Origin: an uncultured Acidimicrobiaceae bacterium
GTDB taxonomy: Bacteria; Actinomycetota; Acidimicrobiia; Acidimicrobiales; Ilumatobacteraceae
Direction of reading: 5' to 3'
NCBI GenBank assembly: GCA_903934195.1
Contig: CAIZMV010000034.1
Span: forward strand, 2,419-66,418
Length of the DNA stretch: 64,000 nt
The notes below the pieces were generated by a model that saw only the letters and a list, made by a program, of their open reading frames with translations, did no database searches and was not told the origin of the DNA. Positions 37,093 to 47,609 of the stretch are shown piece by piece (position 1 is the stretch's first letter; each line of letters begins with the position of its first letter). The position numbers and the translations under genes were made by a program.

Positions 37093-39774
37093 ATGTTGAT
37101 CATGGCGCTTGATGGCAACTCTTTGGCATATCGCGCGTTCTATGCGTTACCCGAAGATATGGCCAATGCAAGTGGTCAGGTGACTAACGCCGTCTATGGC
37201 TTCACCACCATGTTGTTGACATTGATGAGAGATCACAAGCCAGATGGCGTGGTTGTGGTCTTTGATAGACCCGAGCCGACCTTTCGCCATGATGCAATCC
37301 CTGAATACAAGGCACAACGCGATAAAGCGCCCGAAATTTTGATTCAGCAGTTAGGAATGATTCGCGAACTGCTCGATGTTCTCGGAGTCGTGTGGTGGGA
37401 AAAAGCCGGCTTCGAAGGCGACGACCTTATTGCAACTGTCGCAGAACATGCTGAGAAAGCTGGCAATGATCTCATCGTTGTTACGGGTGATCGAGATAGT
37501 TACCAACTCGTGCGCGACCCTCATATTCGAGTGTTGTACAACAAACGAGGTGTCAGTGATTATGCGTTGTACAACGAAGCAGGAATCTTCGAGCGAACAG
37601 GTGTTACGCCTGCTCAATACGCGGACTATGCAGCATTGCGCGGAGACCCAAGCGACAACTTGTCCGGTATTCCTGGAGTAGGCGAGAAGACAGCAGCAAA
37701 GTTGATTAATCAATATGGAGATATTGATGGAGTGGTTGCCGCAGCAGAAGCTCAAACACCAAAGCTAAAAGCAGGACTACTCGAACATGGCGAGCGCGTG
37801 AAACGTAATGCAGAGATGATGATTCTGCGTCGTGATGTTCCACTGGAAGTGAACCTGAATGAACTGGCTCCTCACCCAGACCTAGCCGGAGCATCCCGCA
37901 TGTTTGAATTCCTGGAATTCAAGACAATGGCAAAACGATTGTCAGATACCGCGAAGTCCTTGAACTGGGAAACTCGGGGCGAAACAGCTCCAGTTGCTGC
38001 AGGCGTCGCCGTATCTGAGTCGAATGAAGTACTTGGTGAAGTTGTCGTTGCTGAGTCTGTTGAGGATGTGGTTTCTGCCATGAACAAACTCACGTCTTTT
38101 GTCATTGCATCTCACTTCGATGGCGAGCCCGGACGTTCTCGCGTATCTGGTGTTGCAGTAGTTACTGACAAGACAACTGGCTCGGTTTTGTACATTCCGC
38201 GTGAATTTTTACTTAATAGTGATGTTGTCTCGGTACTTAACTGCGGGAAACCAATCATTTGTCATGATGCAAAACCCCTCATGCGCATGTTGCTAGCGGA
38301 CTCGGTCGACCTTCAGCATTTATCGTTGGATACTGCTATCGCGTCGTATCTTGTGAATCCATCTCGATCTAGTTACTCACTAGCCGCTGTGTCAATCGAT
38401 GTTCTGGGACGCGAGCCATCAACTTCCTCAGAGTCAGACGGCCAGTTTGATTTCGGTGGTACAGATGATGCCGTGAGGGCGTGTGCAGAAGCTGCGTTTT
38501 TTACCTCTCTAATGGCTCCAGTTATCTCGCAGCAATTGGAAGCAATACATAACGAGTCGTTGTATGCCGACATCGAGAATCCACTAGTTCGTGTTTTGGC
38601 AAAGATGGAACATGTTGGCATCGCTGTCGACAGGAAAGAACTTGAAAGTATTCGTGACCGGTTAACAGCCGAGACGGTTGAACTGACGCAAAAATTGCAC
38701 GGTATCGCGGGGCGCACATTCAATCTGAATTCTCCAACGCAGTTGCGTGAGATTTTGTACACCGAACGTGGGCTTGCTCCTGGGAAGAAGACCAAGACAG
38801 GTTTCAGCACTGATGCGGCGACTTTGGAAAAGATTCGTGACCAGTGGCCAGAGTTCATTGACCCACTACTTCGTTACCGCGAAGTTGAGAAGTTGCGCTC
38901 CACGTATGGTGAAGGACTTCTTGGTGAAGTGGCGCAAGACAGCCGGATTCATGCAACCTTTAATCAGACCGTGGCTCGGACAGGTCGTCTCAGTAGCGAT
39001 AAGCCGAACCTTCACAACATTCCTGTGCGAACTGAAGAAGGGCGAGTATTCCGAACAGCGTTTGTTGCGAAGGCCGGAAGTTCACTTCTCGTCGCAGACT
39101 ACAACCAGATTGAATTGCGTTGTATTGCACATTTAGCGAACGACCCAGGCCTGGTTGGTGCCTTTGCAGCAGGGCAAGATATTCACCAAGCAACTGCAGC
39201 GCGAGTTTTTGGGGTGCGCGCTGAAGATGTAACTCATGATCAACGGTCGAAGGCGAAGATGGTTTCGTATGGCCTTGCCTATGGCATGGAGGCGTACGGG
39301 TTAAGCCAACGCCTTGCGATTGGGGTCGACGAGGCGGCAGGAATTTTGAATGCATATTTCGCAGCTTTCCCCAATGTGAAGCAATACATGGACGACGCAA
39401 TTCATACTGCTCGCCAAACCGGTTACACAGAAACCTTGTTTGGTCGTCGCAGGCAGATTCCTGAACTGTTGAGTGACAATTTCCGTGTTCGCCAAGCTGG
39501 CGAGCGTCAAGCAATGAACGCAGCTATTCAAGGTTTAGCAGCCGACATATTCAAGATTGCACTGGTTCGAATTGATGACCTTTTGGAAAAAGGAAAGTAT
39601 CAATCACGAATAGTTCTGCAAGTGCATGACGAAGTAATTGTTGAGGTTGTAGAGAGTGAACGTGATGTCGTTGGTCCTCTAGTGCTTGACACCATGCGTG
39701 CTGCGGCAAATTTGAGTGTTCCTTTTGAAGTTCATGCAGCGTGGGGCGACACGTGGGCTGCAGCAAAGGGTTAA
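37093..39774 (+). CDS. polA: DNA polymerase I
   Basis: 5'-nuclease N-terminus (DGNSLAYRAFYA). Family A polymerase motifs (ADYNQIELRCIAHLA, QVHDE). Confidence 0.95.
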   Translation: MLIMALDGNSLAYRAFYALPEDMANASGQVTNAVYGFTTMLLTLMRDHKPDGVVVVFDRPEPTFRHDAIPEYKAQRDKAPEILIQQLGMIRELLDVLGVVWWEKAGFEGDDLIATVAEHAEKAGNDLIVVTGDRDSYQLVRDPHIRVLYNKRGVSDYALYNEAGIFERTGVTPAQYADYAALRGDPSDNLSGIPGVGEKTAAKLINQYGDIDGVVAAAEAQTPKLKAGLLEHGERVKRNAEMMILRRDVPLEVNLNELAPHPDLAGASRMFEFLEFKTMAKRLSDTAKSLNWETRGETAPVAAGVAVSESNEVLGEVVVAESVEDVVSAMNKLTSFVIASHFDGEPGRSRVSGVAVVTDKTTGSVLYIPREFLLNSDVVSVLNCGKPIICHDAKPLMRMLLADSVDLQHLSLDTAIASYLVNPSRSSYSLAAVSIDVLGREPSTSSESDGQFDFGGTDDAVRACAEAAFFTSLMAPVISQQLEAIHNESLYADIENPLVRVLAKMEHVGIAVDRKELESIRDRLTAETVELTQKLHGIAGRTFNLNSPTQLREILYTERGLAPGKKTKTGFSTDAATLEKIRDQWPEFIDPLLRYREVEKLRSTYGEGLLGEVAQDSRIHATFNQTVARTGRLSSDKPNLHNIPVRTEEGRVFRTAFVAKAGSSLLVADYNQIELRCIAHLANDPGLVGAFAAGQDIHQATAARVFGVRAEDVTHDQRSKAKMVSYGLAYGMEAYGLSQRLAIGVDEAAGILNAYFAAFPNVKQYMDDAIHTARQTGYTETLFGRRRQIPELLSDNFRVRQAGERQAMNAAIQGLAADIFKIALVRIDDLLEKGKYQSRIVLQVHDEVIVEVVESERDVVGPLVLDTMRAAANLSVPFEVHAAWGDTWAAAKG

Positions 39775-39780
39775 GCCTTT

Positions 39781-40527
39781 ATGGCAAGTGAAGCGATCGG
39801 TGAGCATTGGTTTGAACCGCTGGCAGAACATATGGGCTCGGCGTATCTGCGGTACTCATTTACTAAAGGCACCGTAAACGAAATCGATTTCATTGTCTCG
39901 CAGTTACAGATCAAACCAGGTGCTCGAATCTTGGACGTTGGTTGTGGACCAGGACGACACTCGCATGAGCTGGCGCGTCGTGGGTTCACTGTTCACGGAA
40001 TTGATATCAGTCAACCTTTTGTTGATTTGGCCAAGGACAATGCCCCGCAGGGATGCTCCTTTGAGCGCATGGATGCCCGGGCAATGACATTTGAAAATGA
40101 GTTCGATGTTGTGATCTGTTTATGCCAAGGAGCATTTGGTCTGATGACTGCAGGCGGTCACGACATTGACGTCTTGACTGGCATTCGTAAAGCCCTGAAG
40201 CCGCACGGAAGCCTTGCTCTGTCAGCCTTCAATGCCTATTTTGCGGTGAAGTATTTCGAGGAAGCTCAATTCGATGCAGCTACCGGTGTCAACCATGAAA
40301 AGACAGAGGTTCGCAACCAGGATGGGGTGGTGCTCGGAGCAGACCTATGGACGGGTTGCTACACGCCCCGTGAACTGCGGTTAATGCTGGATAAAGCCCA
40401 AATGAACGTTCGGGATATCTTCAGCGTCGACCCTGGTTCCTATGTCGAAGCAACACCGTCCTTGGAGACTTCTGAGTATCTGGTGATAGCGTTTCCTTCG
40501 CCTTCCCAACCAGAAGGTGCCCGCTAA
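39781..40527 (+). CDS. Class I SAM-dependent methyltransferase
   Basis: Motif I ILDVGCGPGRH. About 248 aa. Confidence 0.8.
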   Translation: MASEAIGEHWFEPLAEHMGSAYLRYSFTKGTVNEIDFIVSQLQIKPGARILDVGCGPGRHSHELARRGFTVHGIDISQPFVDLAKDNAPQGCSFERMDARAMTFENEFDVVICLCQGAFGLMTAGGHDIDVLTGIRKALKPHGSLALSAFNAYFAVKYFEEAQFDAATGVNHEKTEVRNQDGVVLGADLWTGCYTPRELRLMLDKAQMNVRDIFSVDPGSYVEATPSLETSEYLVIAFPSPSQPEGAR

Positions 40528-40575
40528 CGCAGGCTCACCGATACAACTACCTATCCCTTTCGAAAGATCAATTCC

Positions 40576-41904
40576 TTGTCCGATACCAACATCACTTCCG
40601 CAGCCATGGGCACCTTTGACGCGGAAAACAATTACACACCTCGACAAATCACTGAACGTGATATCCCAAGTTTCGCCGAAGCCATCGAAGGCACAATGGT
40701 TGAACTGAAAGACGGACAACTCATTACCGGAACAGTTGTCAAGATTGATCGTGATGGCGTGTTGCTCGATGTTGGTTACAAGACCGAAGGTGTTATCCCA
40801 ACTCGCGAATTGGCAATCAAGAATGATGTCAACCCGCACGATGTTGTAAAGCTCGGCGAAAGCATTGAAGCTCTTATCCTCACGCTTGAAGACAAAGAGG
40901 GTCGCCTCGTACTTTCAAAGAAGCGCGCTCAATACGAAAAGGCTTGGGCCGACATTGAGAAGAAGAAGGAAGAAGACGGAGTCGTTCACGGAACCGTCAT
41001 CGAAGTTGTTAAGGGTGGACTTATCGTCGACATCGGACTTCGCGGTTTCCTTCCAGCTTCACTTGTAGAGCTTCGTCGTGTTCGCGATCTTGCCCCGTAC
41101 ATGGGTCAGCCAATCGATGCAAAGATCATCGAACTTGATCGCAATCGCAACAACGTTGTGCTTTCGCGTCGTGCCTTCCTTGAAGAGAATCAAAAAGAGA
41201 CTCGCGACGATTTCTTGACCAATTTGAAGCCTGGCGAAATCCGTACCGGAAAGATCTCTTCTGTTGTTGCATTTGGTGCATTCGTAGATCTGGGCGGCAT
41301 GGACGGCCTTATCCACGTTTCAGAACTTTCATGGAAGCACGTTGAGCACCCATCACAAGTTGTCAACATTGGTGACGAAGTAACAGTTCAAGTTCTCGAA
41401 GTGGACTTCAGCCGCGAGCGCATCAGCTTGTCGTTGAAGGCAACACAACAAGATCCATGGCAAGAGTTTGCCGGAAGCCACGAAGTTGGTCAGCTTGTTT
41501 ATGGCCGCATCACCAAAATCGTTCCATTCGGTGCATTCGTTCAAGTGGGCGACGGAATTGAAGGTCTTGTTCATATTTCAGAGTTGTCAACGCACCACGT
41601 TGAGTCAGCTGAGCAAGTTGTAACACCTGGTGAAGAGTTGTGGGTCAAGATCATTGATCTCGACCTTGCTCGTCGTCGTATCTCTATCTCTGTTAAGCAA
41701 GCAGCTGAGGGTGGCGAGCTTGCAGCTGAATACCAAGGCCAGTTCGAAGTTGACGAAAACGGCAACTGGATCGGTGGCGATGACACCGAGCGTGAAGCTG
41801 CATGGGCTGAGTACTACAAGGAATATGGCCAGCCAGGCGAAGAGGGTGCAGTTGCTGCAGCCGACGCACCTGCTGCTGCAGAGCCAGCTCCTGAGGCCGA
41901 CTAG
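40576..41904 (+). CDS. rpsA: 30S ribosomal protein S1
   Basis: Repeated S1 domains (GTVVKIDRDGVLLDVGYKTEGVIP, GTVIEVVKGGLIVDIGLRGFLP, and more). Start is TTG at 40576 or ATG at 40606. Confidence 0.92.
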   Translation: MSDTNITSAAMGTFDAENNYTPRQITERDIPSFAEAIEGTMVELKDGQLITGTVVKIDRDGVLLDVGYKTEGVIPTRELAIKNDVNPHDVVKLGESIEALILTLEDKEGRLVLSKKRAQYEKAWADIEKKKEEDGVVHGTVIEVVKGGLIVDIGLRGFLPASLVELRRVRDLAPYMGQPIDAKIIELDRNRNNVVLSRRAFLEENQKETRDDFLTNLKPGEIRTGKISSVVAFGAFVDLGGMDGLIHVSELSWKHVEHPSQVVNIGDEVTVQVLEVDFSRERISLSLKATQQDPWQEFAGSHEVGQLVYGRITKIVPFGAFVQVGDGIEGLVHISELSTHHVESAEQVVTPGEELWVKIIDLDLARRRISISVKQAAEGGELAAEYQGQFEVDENGNWIGGDDTEREAAWAEYYKEYGQPGEEGAVAAADAPAAAEPAPEAD

Positions 41905-41924
41905 GAACTTTCCTCGGTCATACG

Positions 41925-42557
41925 ATGATTCTGATTGGCCTCACAGGCGGAATTGGATCAGGTAAATCCACTGTGTCGGCTCTTCTGGCTGCGCGCGGTG
42001 CGGTCATTATTGATGCCGATGCGATTGCGCGCGAGCTTCAGGCACCTGGTGCTCCGTTGCTCTCGCTACTTGCAGAGAAGTTTGGTGACTCGATTATTGA
42101 CGCAAATGGAGCGCTTGATCGTGCTGCATTGGCTGCCATTGCCTTTTCAGACCCTGAAGCGTTGAAAGATCTCAACAAGATTGTTCACCCGGCTATTGCC
42201 AAAGAAATGGATGCTCGCCTCACGGCACAACGGTCTACAGACAACGTCGTGATATTGGACATTCCGCTTCTCACAGAGAATCCGCGGGCCGGTTTGAGTG
42301 GCGTCGTTGTCGTTGACATACCCGTGGAACTTGCAGTGTCACGTTTGGTGGAGTTTCGTTCGATGGCTGAAGATGACGCTCGTGCTCGGATTGCTAAACA
42401 GGCAACACGTGAAGAGCGTCGTGCAATAGCCGACAAGGTAATTGACAACTCGGGCGACATGACTTCTTTGAGTGGCCAGGTTGAAGATGTATGGCAGTGG
42501 GCTCTAGCTTTGCCACCTGCAGCCGAAGATGCAGGGGAACGCGTACCAGCCCCGTAA
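41925..42557 (+). CDS. coaE: Dephospho-CoA kinase (single-domain form)
   Basis: [17 protein letters not shown]-loop. 210 aa. Confidence 0.9.
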   Translation: MILIGLTGGIGSGKSTVSALLAARGAVIIDADAIARELQAPGAPLLSLLAEKFGDSIIDANGALDRAALAAIAFSDPEALKDLNKIVHPAIAKEMDARLTAQRSTDNVVILDIPLLTENPRAGLSGVVVVDIPVELAVSRLVEFRSMAEDDARARIAKQATREERRAIADKVIDNSGDMTSLSGQVEDVWQWALALPPAAEDAGERVPAP

Positions 42558-42580
42558 CACGTGGGAAGTACGATTCGTCT

Positions 42581-44602
42581 GTGCCAGATTTTCAGGTTGT
42601 TTCCGCTTTCCAGCCCGCCGGAGATCAGCCAAAGGCGATTGCAGGGCTCACTGAAGGTATCAACACTGGCGACAGATTTCAGACCCTTCTCGGAATCACC
42701 GGTTCAGGTAAATCGGCCACAATTGCGTGGACTATTGAAGCGACGCAACGACCAACTTTGATTCTTGCGCCGAACAAAAGTTTGGCAGCACAGTTAGCAC
42801 AAGAAATGCGTGAGTTCTTCCCACACAATCGTGTGGAGTTCTTTGTCAGTTATTACGACTACTACCAACCCGAGGCGTACATACCGTCTAGCGATACCTT
42901 CATTGAAAAGGACTCGTCTATCAATGATGAAATTGATCGGTTGCGTCACTCAGCAACCGCAGCACTATTGACGCGTCGAGACACAATTGTTGTGGCCAGT
43001 GTGTCGTGTATCTACGGAATGGGAGACCCCGAGGAGTATCGGGGCCAGTTGCTTGAATTGCATGTTGGAGTTGATTACGACCAACGCAGCATGTTGAGAC
43101 GTCTTGTTGACTTGCAGTACGGACGAAATGACATGACTCTCGGGCGCGGTAATTTCCGAGTTCGTGGCGACACGGTAGAAGTGCATGCTGCATATGAAGA
43201 ATCTGTAGCTCGTATCGAGATGTTCGGCGACACCATTGACCGAATCACCATGATTGACCCTCTGACGGGTGAGACATTGTCAGAGCCAAGTGAGATTGTT
43301 ATTTTCCCGGCGACTCACTACGTAACCGGTGATGCACGTATGCGTCGCGCGGTGCTGGGTATTGAAAAGGAACTGCAAGAGCAGTTGGCAATGTTCGAGT
43401 CGCAAGGCAAATTGCTTGAAGCCCAACGCTTACGAATGCGAACCAGTTACGACCTCGAGATGATGCAAGAGATGGGGTATTGCAATGGCATTGAGAACTA
43501 CTCGATGCATATTGATGATCGCCAGCCGGGTGAGCCCCCATTCACATTGCTTGATTACTTCCCAAAGGACTACTTACTCATTATTGATGAAAGCCACGTA
43601 GCGATTCCACAACTACACGCGCAGTACGCAGGCGATAGAAGCCGTAAGAACACTTTGGTTGAACACGGCTTTCGTTTACCTAGCGCCCGTGATAACAGAC
43701 CACTGCAATTTGAAGAAACAATGGAACGCATTAACCAGTGCATCTTTATGTCCGCCACTCCAGCGCCTTTCGAACTCAACCACAGCCAACGAGTTGTTGA
43801 TCAAATTGTTCGTCCTACTGGGCTAGTTGACCCGGAAGTAATTGTTCGCCCGACGAAGGGCCAGATCGATGACCTTATTGAGATGGTTCGCGGACGAATT
43901 GAGAATGGTGATCGCATTCTGGTGACCACGTTGACGAAGAAGATGTCTGAAGACCTAACGGACTACTTGTTAGAGCAAGGCCTACGGGTTCGCTATTTGC
44001 ATTCCAATATCGACACGATGCAACGAATTGAGATTCTTCGGTCCTTACGCCTTGGTGAGTTTGATGTGTTGATTGGCATCAACTTGTTGCGTGAAGGACT
44101 CGACCTGCCCGAAGTGTCGCTTGTGGCCATCCTTGATGCCGACAAGGAAGGCTTCCTTCGTAGTGAGACGGCACTGATTCAGATGATCGGTCGTGCTGCC
44201 CGAAACGTATCGGGACAAGTAATTATGTATGCGGACAAAATCACGCCGTCAATGGAGCGCGCAATTGGGGAAACGAAACGTCGCAGAGAGACGCAGATTG
44301 CGTACAACCTTGAAAACGGAATCGAGCCAAAGACAATTCGCAAGGCTGTTGGCGACATACTTTCTTTCCTCAACGGTTTCGGAGAAGATTCTGCGCTGCC
44401 AGGCAAAGGCGGCCGACGTCAGCACGAGCGCGACAAGGTCAAACATGATCTGAAGTCACTTCCGCAACAGGAACTTGGCCGTCTCATCCAAACCTTGGAA
44501 GAGGAGATGCATGAAGCCGCCACAGACCTCAAATTTGAGTATGCAGCTCGATTGCGCGATGAAATAAATGATTTGCGACGCGAACTTCGTGACGCGCGAT
44601 AG
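42581..44602 (+). CDS. uvrB: Excinuclease ABC subunit B
   Basis: [11 protein letters not shown] and GITGSGKS motifs. C-terminal UVR domain ([16 protein letters not shown]). The GTG at 42581 is the first in-frame start after the coaE stop and gives about 673 aa. Confidence 0.92.
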   Translation: MPDFQVVSAFQPAGDQPKAIAGLTEGINTGDRFQTLLGITGSGKSATIAWTIEATQRPTLILAPNKSLAAQLAQEMREFFPHNRVEFFVSYYDYYQPEAYIPSSDTFIEKDSSINDEIDRLRHSATAALLTRRDTIVVASVSCIYGMGDPEEYRGQLLELHVGVDYDQRSMLRRLVDLQYGRNDMTLGRGNFRVRGDTVEVHAAYEESVARIEMFGDTIDRITMIDPLTGETLSEPSEIVIFPATHYVTGDARMRRAVLGIEKELQEQLAMFESQGKLLEAQRLRMRTSYDLEMMQEMGYCNGIENYSMHIDDRQPGEPPFTLLDYFPKDYLLIIDESHVAIPQLHAQYAGDRSRKNTLVEHGFRLPSARDNRPLQFEETMERINQCIFMSATPAPFELNHSQRVVDQIVRPTGLVDPEVIVRPTKGQIDDLIEMVRGRIENGDRILVTTLTKKMSEDLTDYLLEQGLRVRYLHSNIDTMQRIEILRSLRLGEFDVLIGINLLREGLDLPEVSLVAILDADKEGFLRSETALIQMIGRAARNVSGQVIMYADKITPSMERAIGETKRRRETQIAYNLENGIEPKTIRKAVGDILSFLNGFGEDSALPGKGGRRQHERDKVKHDLKSLPQQELGRLIQTLEEEMHEAATDLKFEYAARLRDEINDLRRELRDAR

Positions 44603-44622
44603 TCGTTCGGTAACCTTCCTAT

Positions 44623-47607
44623 ATGGCTGACCAAATAGTCGTACGCGGCGCTCGCGAACACAACCTCAAGAATGTCAGCATCGAACTACCGCGCGACAAA
44701 CTCATCGTATTCACGGGTCTGTCGGGTAGCGGGAAAAGCTCTCTGGCCTTTGACACCATTTATGCCGAAGGCCAACGCCGTTACGTTGAAAGTCTCTCTG
44801 CCTACGCGCGCCAGTTTTTGGGGCAAATGGATAAGCCCGATGTGGATCTGATTGAAGGATTGTCTCCTGCAATTTCCATTGACCAGAAATCAGCAAGCCG
44901 TAACCCGCGTTCGACGGTTGGCACAATCACAGAGATCTACGACTACCTGCGTCTTCTGTATGCACGAATTGGTATCCAACATTGTCCAGTTGATGGAACT
45001 CGTTTAGAGCGTCAGACTCCGCAACAAATTGTTGACCGCATCATGACTCTCGCCGAGGGCACTCGCTTTCAAGTCTTGGCCCCGGTGGTTCGCGGACGTA
45101 AGGGCGAATACGACACATTGCTGTCTGAACTGGCAGGCCAAGGCTATGTGCGTGCTCGTATCGACGGTGAAGTTCGCGATATCGCCGAGTTTCTGGCCTC
45201 TGGCGAAAAGCTGGCTCGCTACGAAAATCACTCGATTGACATCATTGTCGACCGCCTGGTTCGACGTGATGACATCACGCGCCGCCTTACTGACTCTTTG
45301 GAAACAGCCCTTCGTTTAGCGGATGGTGTTGCGGGTGTTGAACTAGTAGCAAAGGGCGATGAAGAGGGCGAGATTCTCACCTTCAGTCAGCACGTTGGAT
45401 GCCCAAAGTGTGGTGCTAGCTACGACGAACCAGCTCCGCGAAATTTCTCTTTCAACTCACCATTCGGGGCCTGTGACAACTGTGAAGGACTTGGCACGAA
45501 GTTTGAAGTAGACCCCGACTTGGTCATTCCTGATATGTCGATGTCACTTAATCAGGGTGCGTTGTCTCCATGGCGCACTTCTGACACGGGATATTTCCAT
45601 CGTCTTTTGGTTTCGCTTGCCGAGGATGAAGGAATTGATCTTGATAAGCCTTTCTCAAAGCTTTCTGCAAAGCATCAGAAACTGGTTCTGCATGGCAAAG
45701 AAGGCGCGATGCAGGTCAAGTTCAAGAACCGGTTTGGGAAGGTACGCCAGTACAGCACCTCATACGAAGGAATCATTCCGTGGGTAAAGCGTCGTCACCT
45801 AGAAACTGAAAGTGACTACCTTCGCGAGCAGATTGAAAGTTACATGAGGCAAGTTCCGTGCCCGGCGTGTAACGGTGCACGACTTCGCCCAGCAACTCTT
45901 GCAGTAACCATCAACGAGAAACATATTGCTGATGTTTGTGACATGTCGATTGCAGATTCATCTGAGTTTCTATCTGGGCTTGTTCTGAATAATCGCGATT
46001 CCATCATTGCGGAACGCATCACAAAGGAAATCAATGCTCGTCTCGGTTTTTTGCTTGACGTCGGTCTGAACTACCTCACATTGTCCCGACCTGCTGGCAC
46101 CTTGGCTGGTGGTGAGGCTCAACGTATTCGGTTGGCTAGTCAGATCGGTTCAGGTTTGGTTGGCACGCTCTATGTTCTCGACGAACCGAGCATTGGTTTG
46201 CATCAACGAGATAATCGTCGCCTTATAGACACACTCATCCGTCTTCGCGACTTGGGCAATACTGTTCTGGTTGTTGAGCATGATGAAGAGACAATTAAAG
46301 AGAGCGACTGGATTGTAGATATTGGACCCGGTGCTGGAGAACACGGTGGCTGGGTTGTGTACAGCGGTCCAGTAGCTGGAATTGGCTCTGCAACCGACTC
46401 CATTACAGGTAAATACTTAACCGGTAAAGCAAGTATTCCGGTACCAAAGAAAAGACGTGAACCGAGTGGTTACGAAATCACCATTCGCGGAGCTCGAGAA
46501 CACAACTTACAAAATCTGGACGTCGCAATTCCTTTGGGCTGTTTTGTCGCGGTAACTGGGGTGTCGGGAAGCGGAAAGAGCACATTGATTCGTGACATCT
46601 TGTTGCCGTCAATGATGCAGAAGATTTACAAGAGTAAAGATTCTCCAGGTAAGCACCGCACAGTTGAAGGTATCGAGGCAATAGACAAGGTGATTGACAT
46701 GGATCAATCTCCGATCGGCCGTACTCCTCGTTCGAATGCCGCTACCTATACAGGTGTATTCGATTCAATTCGTAAATTGTTCGCTGCTGCCCCTGAATCT
46801 AAAGTGCGCGGCTATCAACCTGGTCGCTTCAGTTTCAATGTGAAGGGCGGTCGCTGTGAAGCATGTTCGGGCGACGGAACAATAAAGATTGAGATGTTCT
46901 TTCTTCCAGATGTGTACGTGCCCTGTGAAGTCTGCAAAGGCGCCCGGTACAACCGCGACACGCTTGAGATTCAGTTCAAAGGCAAGAACATCGCCGAGAT
47001 TCTGGATATGCCCATTTCAGAAGCTGTTGAGTTCTTTTCGAATCAGCCAACTATTGCACGACATATGCAGACACTTGTTGATGTCGGACTTGGTTACGTG
47101 CGCCTTGGGCAATCTGCGCCTACTTTGTCTGGCGGTGAAGCACAAAGAGTGAAATTGGCAGCTGAGTTGGCCAAGCGATCAACCGGGCACACGATGTACT
47201 TGCTTGATGAGCCAACAACAGGTTTGCACTTCGAAGATGTGCGTCGTTTGCTTACCGTTCTGTCTCGTTTGGTTGACCAAGGGAATACTGTGCTTGTTAT
47301 CGAGCACAACTTGGATGTCATTAAGACTGCTGACTGGTTGATTGACTTAGGCCCTGAAGGTGGAAGCGGAGGCGGTCTTGTGATTGCTGAAGGAACTCCT
47401 GAAGCTGTAGCCGGTGTGCCAGGTAGTCATACCGGTTTCTATTTGGCGCCTATGTTGGGTTTGAAATCCATTCCAATGGACACAGCAAAGAAGACGGTTG
47501 TGAAAAAGGCAACCGTAAAGAAGCCTGCAGTCAAGAAAGCCGTGGCGAAGAAGACTGCAACGAAGCCAGCTACTGCGGCTAAACGTAAAACTCCTGCGAA
47601 GAAGTAA
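44623..47607 (+). CDS. uvrA: Excinuclease ABC subunit A with a Lys/Ala-rich C-terminal tail
   Basis: [23 protein letters not shown], two ABC modules and Zn-finger Cys pairs. The last 42 aa are [42 protein letters not shown]. Confidence 0.95.
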   Translation: MADQIVVRGAREHNLKNVSIELPRDKLIVFTGLSGSGKSSLAFDTIYAEGQRRYVESLSAYARQFLGQMDKPDVDLIEGLSPAISIDQKSASRNPRSTVGTITEIYDYLRLLYARIGIQHCPVDGTRLERQTPQQIVDRIMTLAEGTRFQVLAPVVRGRKGEYDTLLSELAGQGYVRARIDGEVRDIAEFLASGEKLARYENHSIDIIVDRLVRRDDITRRLTDSLETALRLADGVAGVELVAKGDEEGEILTFSQHVGCPKCGASYDEPAPRNFSFNSPFGACDNCEGLGTKFEVDPDLVIPDMSMSLNQGALSPWRTSDTGYFHRLLVSLAEDEGIDLDKPFSKLSAKHQKLVLHGKEGAMQVKFKNRFGKVRQYSTSYEGIIPWVKRRHLETESDYLREQIESYMRQVPCPACNGARLRPATLAVTINEKHIADVCDMSIADSSEFLSGLVLNNRDSIIAERITKEINARLGFLLDVGLNYLTLSRPAGTLAGGEAQRIRLASQIGSGLVGTLYVLDEPSIGLHQRDNRRLIDTLIRLRDLGNTVLVVEHDEETIKESDWIVDIGPGAGEHGGWVVYSGPVAGIGSATDSITGKYLTGKASIPVPKKRREPSGYEITIRGAREHNLQNLDVAIPLGCFVAVTGVSGSGKSTLIRDILLPSMMQKIYKSKDSPGKHRTVEGIEAIDKVIDMDQSPIGRTPRSNAATYTGVFDSIRKLFAAAPESKVRGYQPGRFSFNVKGGRCEACSGDGTIKIEMFFLPDVYVPCEVCKGARYNRDTLEIQFKGKNIAEILDMPISEAVEFFSNQPTIARHMQTLVDVGLGYVRLGQSAPTLSGGEAQRVKLAAELAKRSTGHTMYLLDEPTTGLHFEDVRRLLTVLSRLVDQGNTVLVIEHNLDVIKTADWLIDLGPEGGSGGGLVIAEGTPEAVAGVPGSHTGFYLAPMLGLKSIPMDTAKKTVVKKATVKKPAVKKAVAKKTATKPATAAKRKTPAKK

Positions 47608-47609
47608 CT

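Noticed and set aside
38373-39514. Long antisense ORFs inside polA (161 aa and 174 aa). Similar ones occur inside the CNNM gene (6069..6992), the ACAD gene (14758..15195) and the ABC ATPases (58489..60279).
   Set aside because: They are shadow ORFs opposite strongly supported genes. Their composition is biased (Ser/Arg/Ala/Pro-rich), and they have no recognisable motifs or ribosome-binding sites.
42340-42600. LexA SOS box upstream of uvrB
   Set aside because: I looked for the actinobacterial TCGAAC-N4-GTTCGA palindrome. Only an isolated gttcga half-site lies inside coaE, with no full box.
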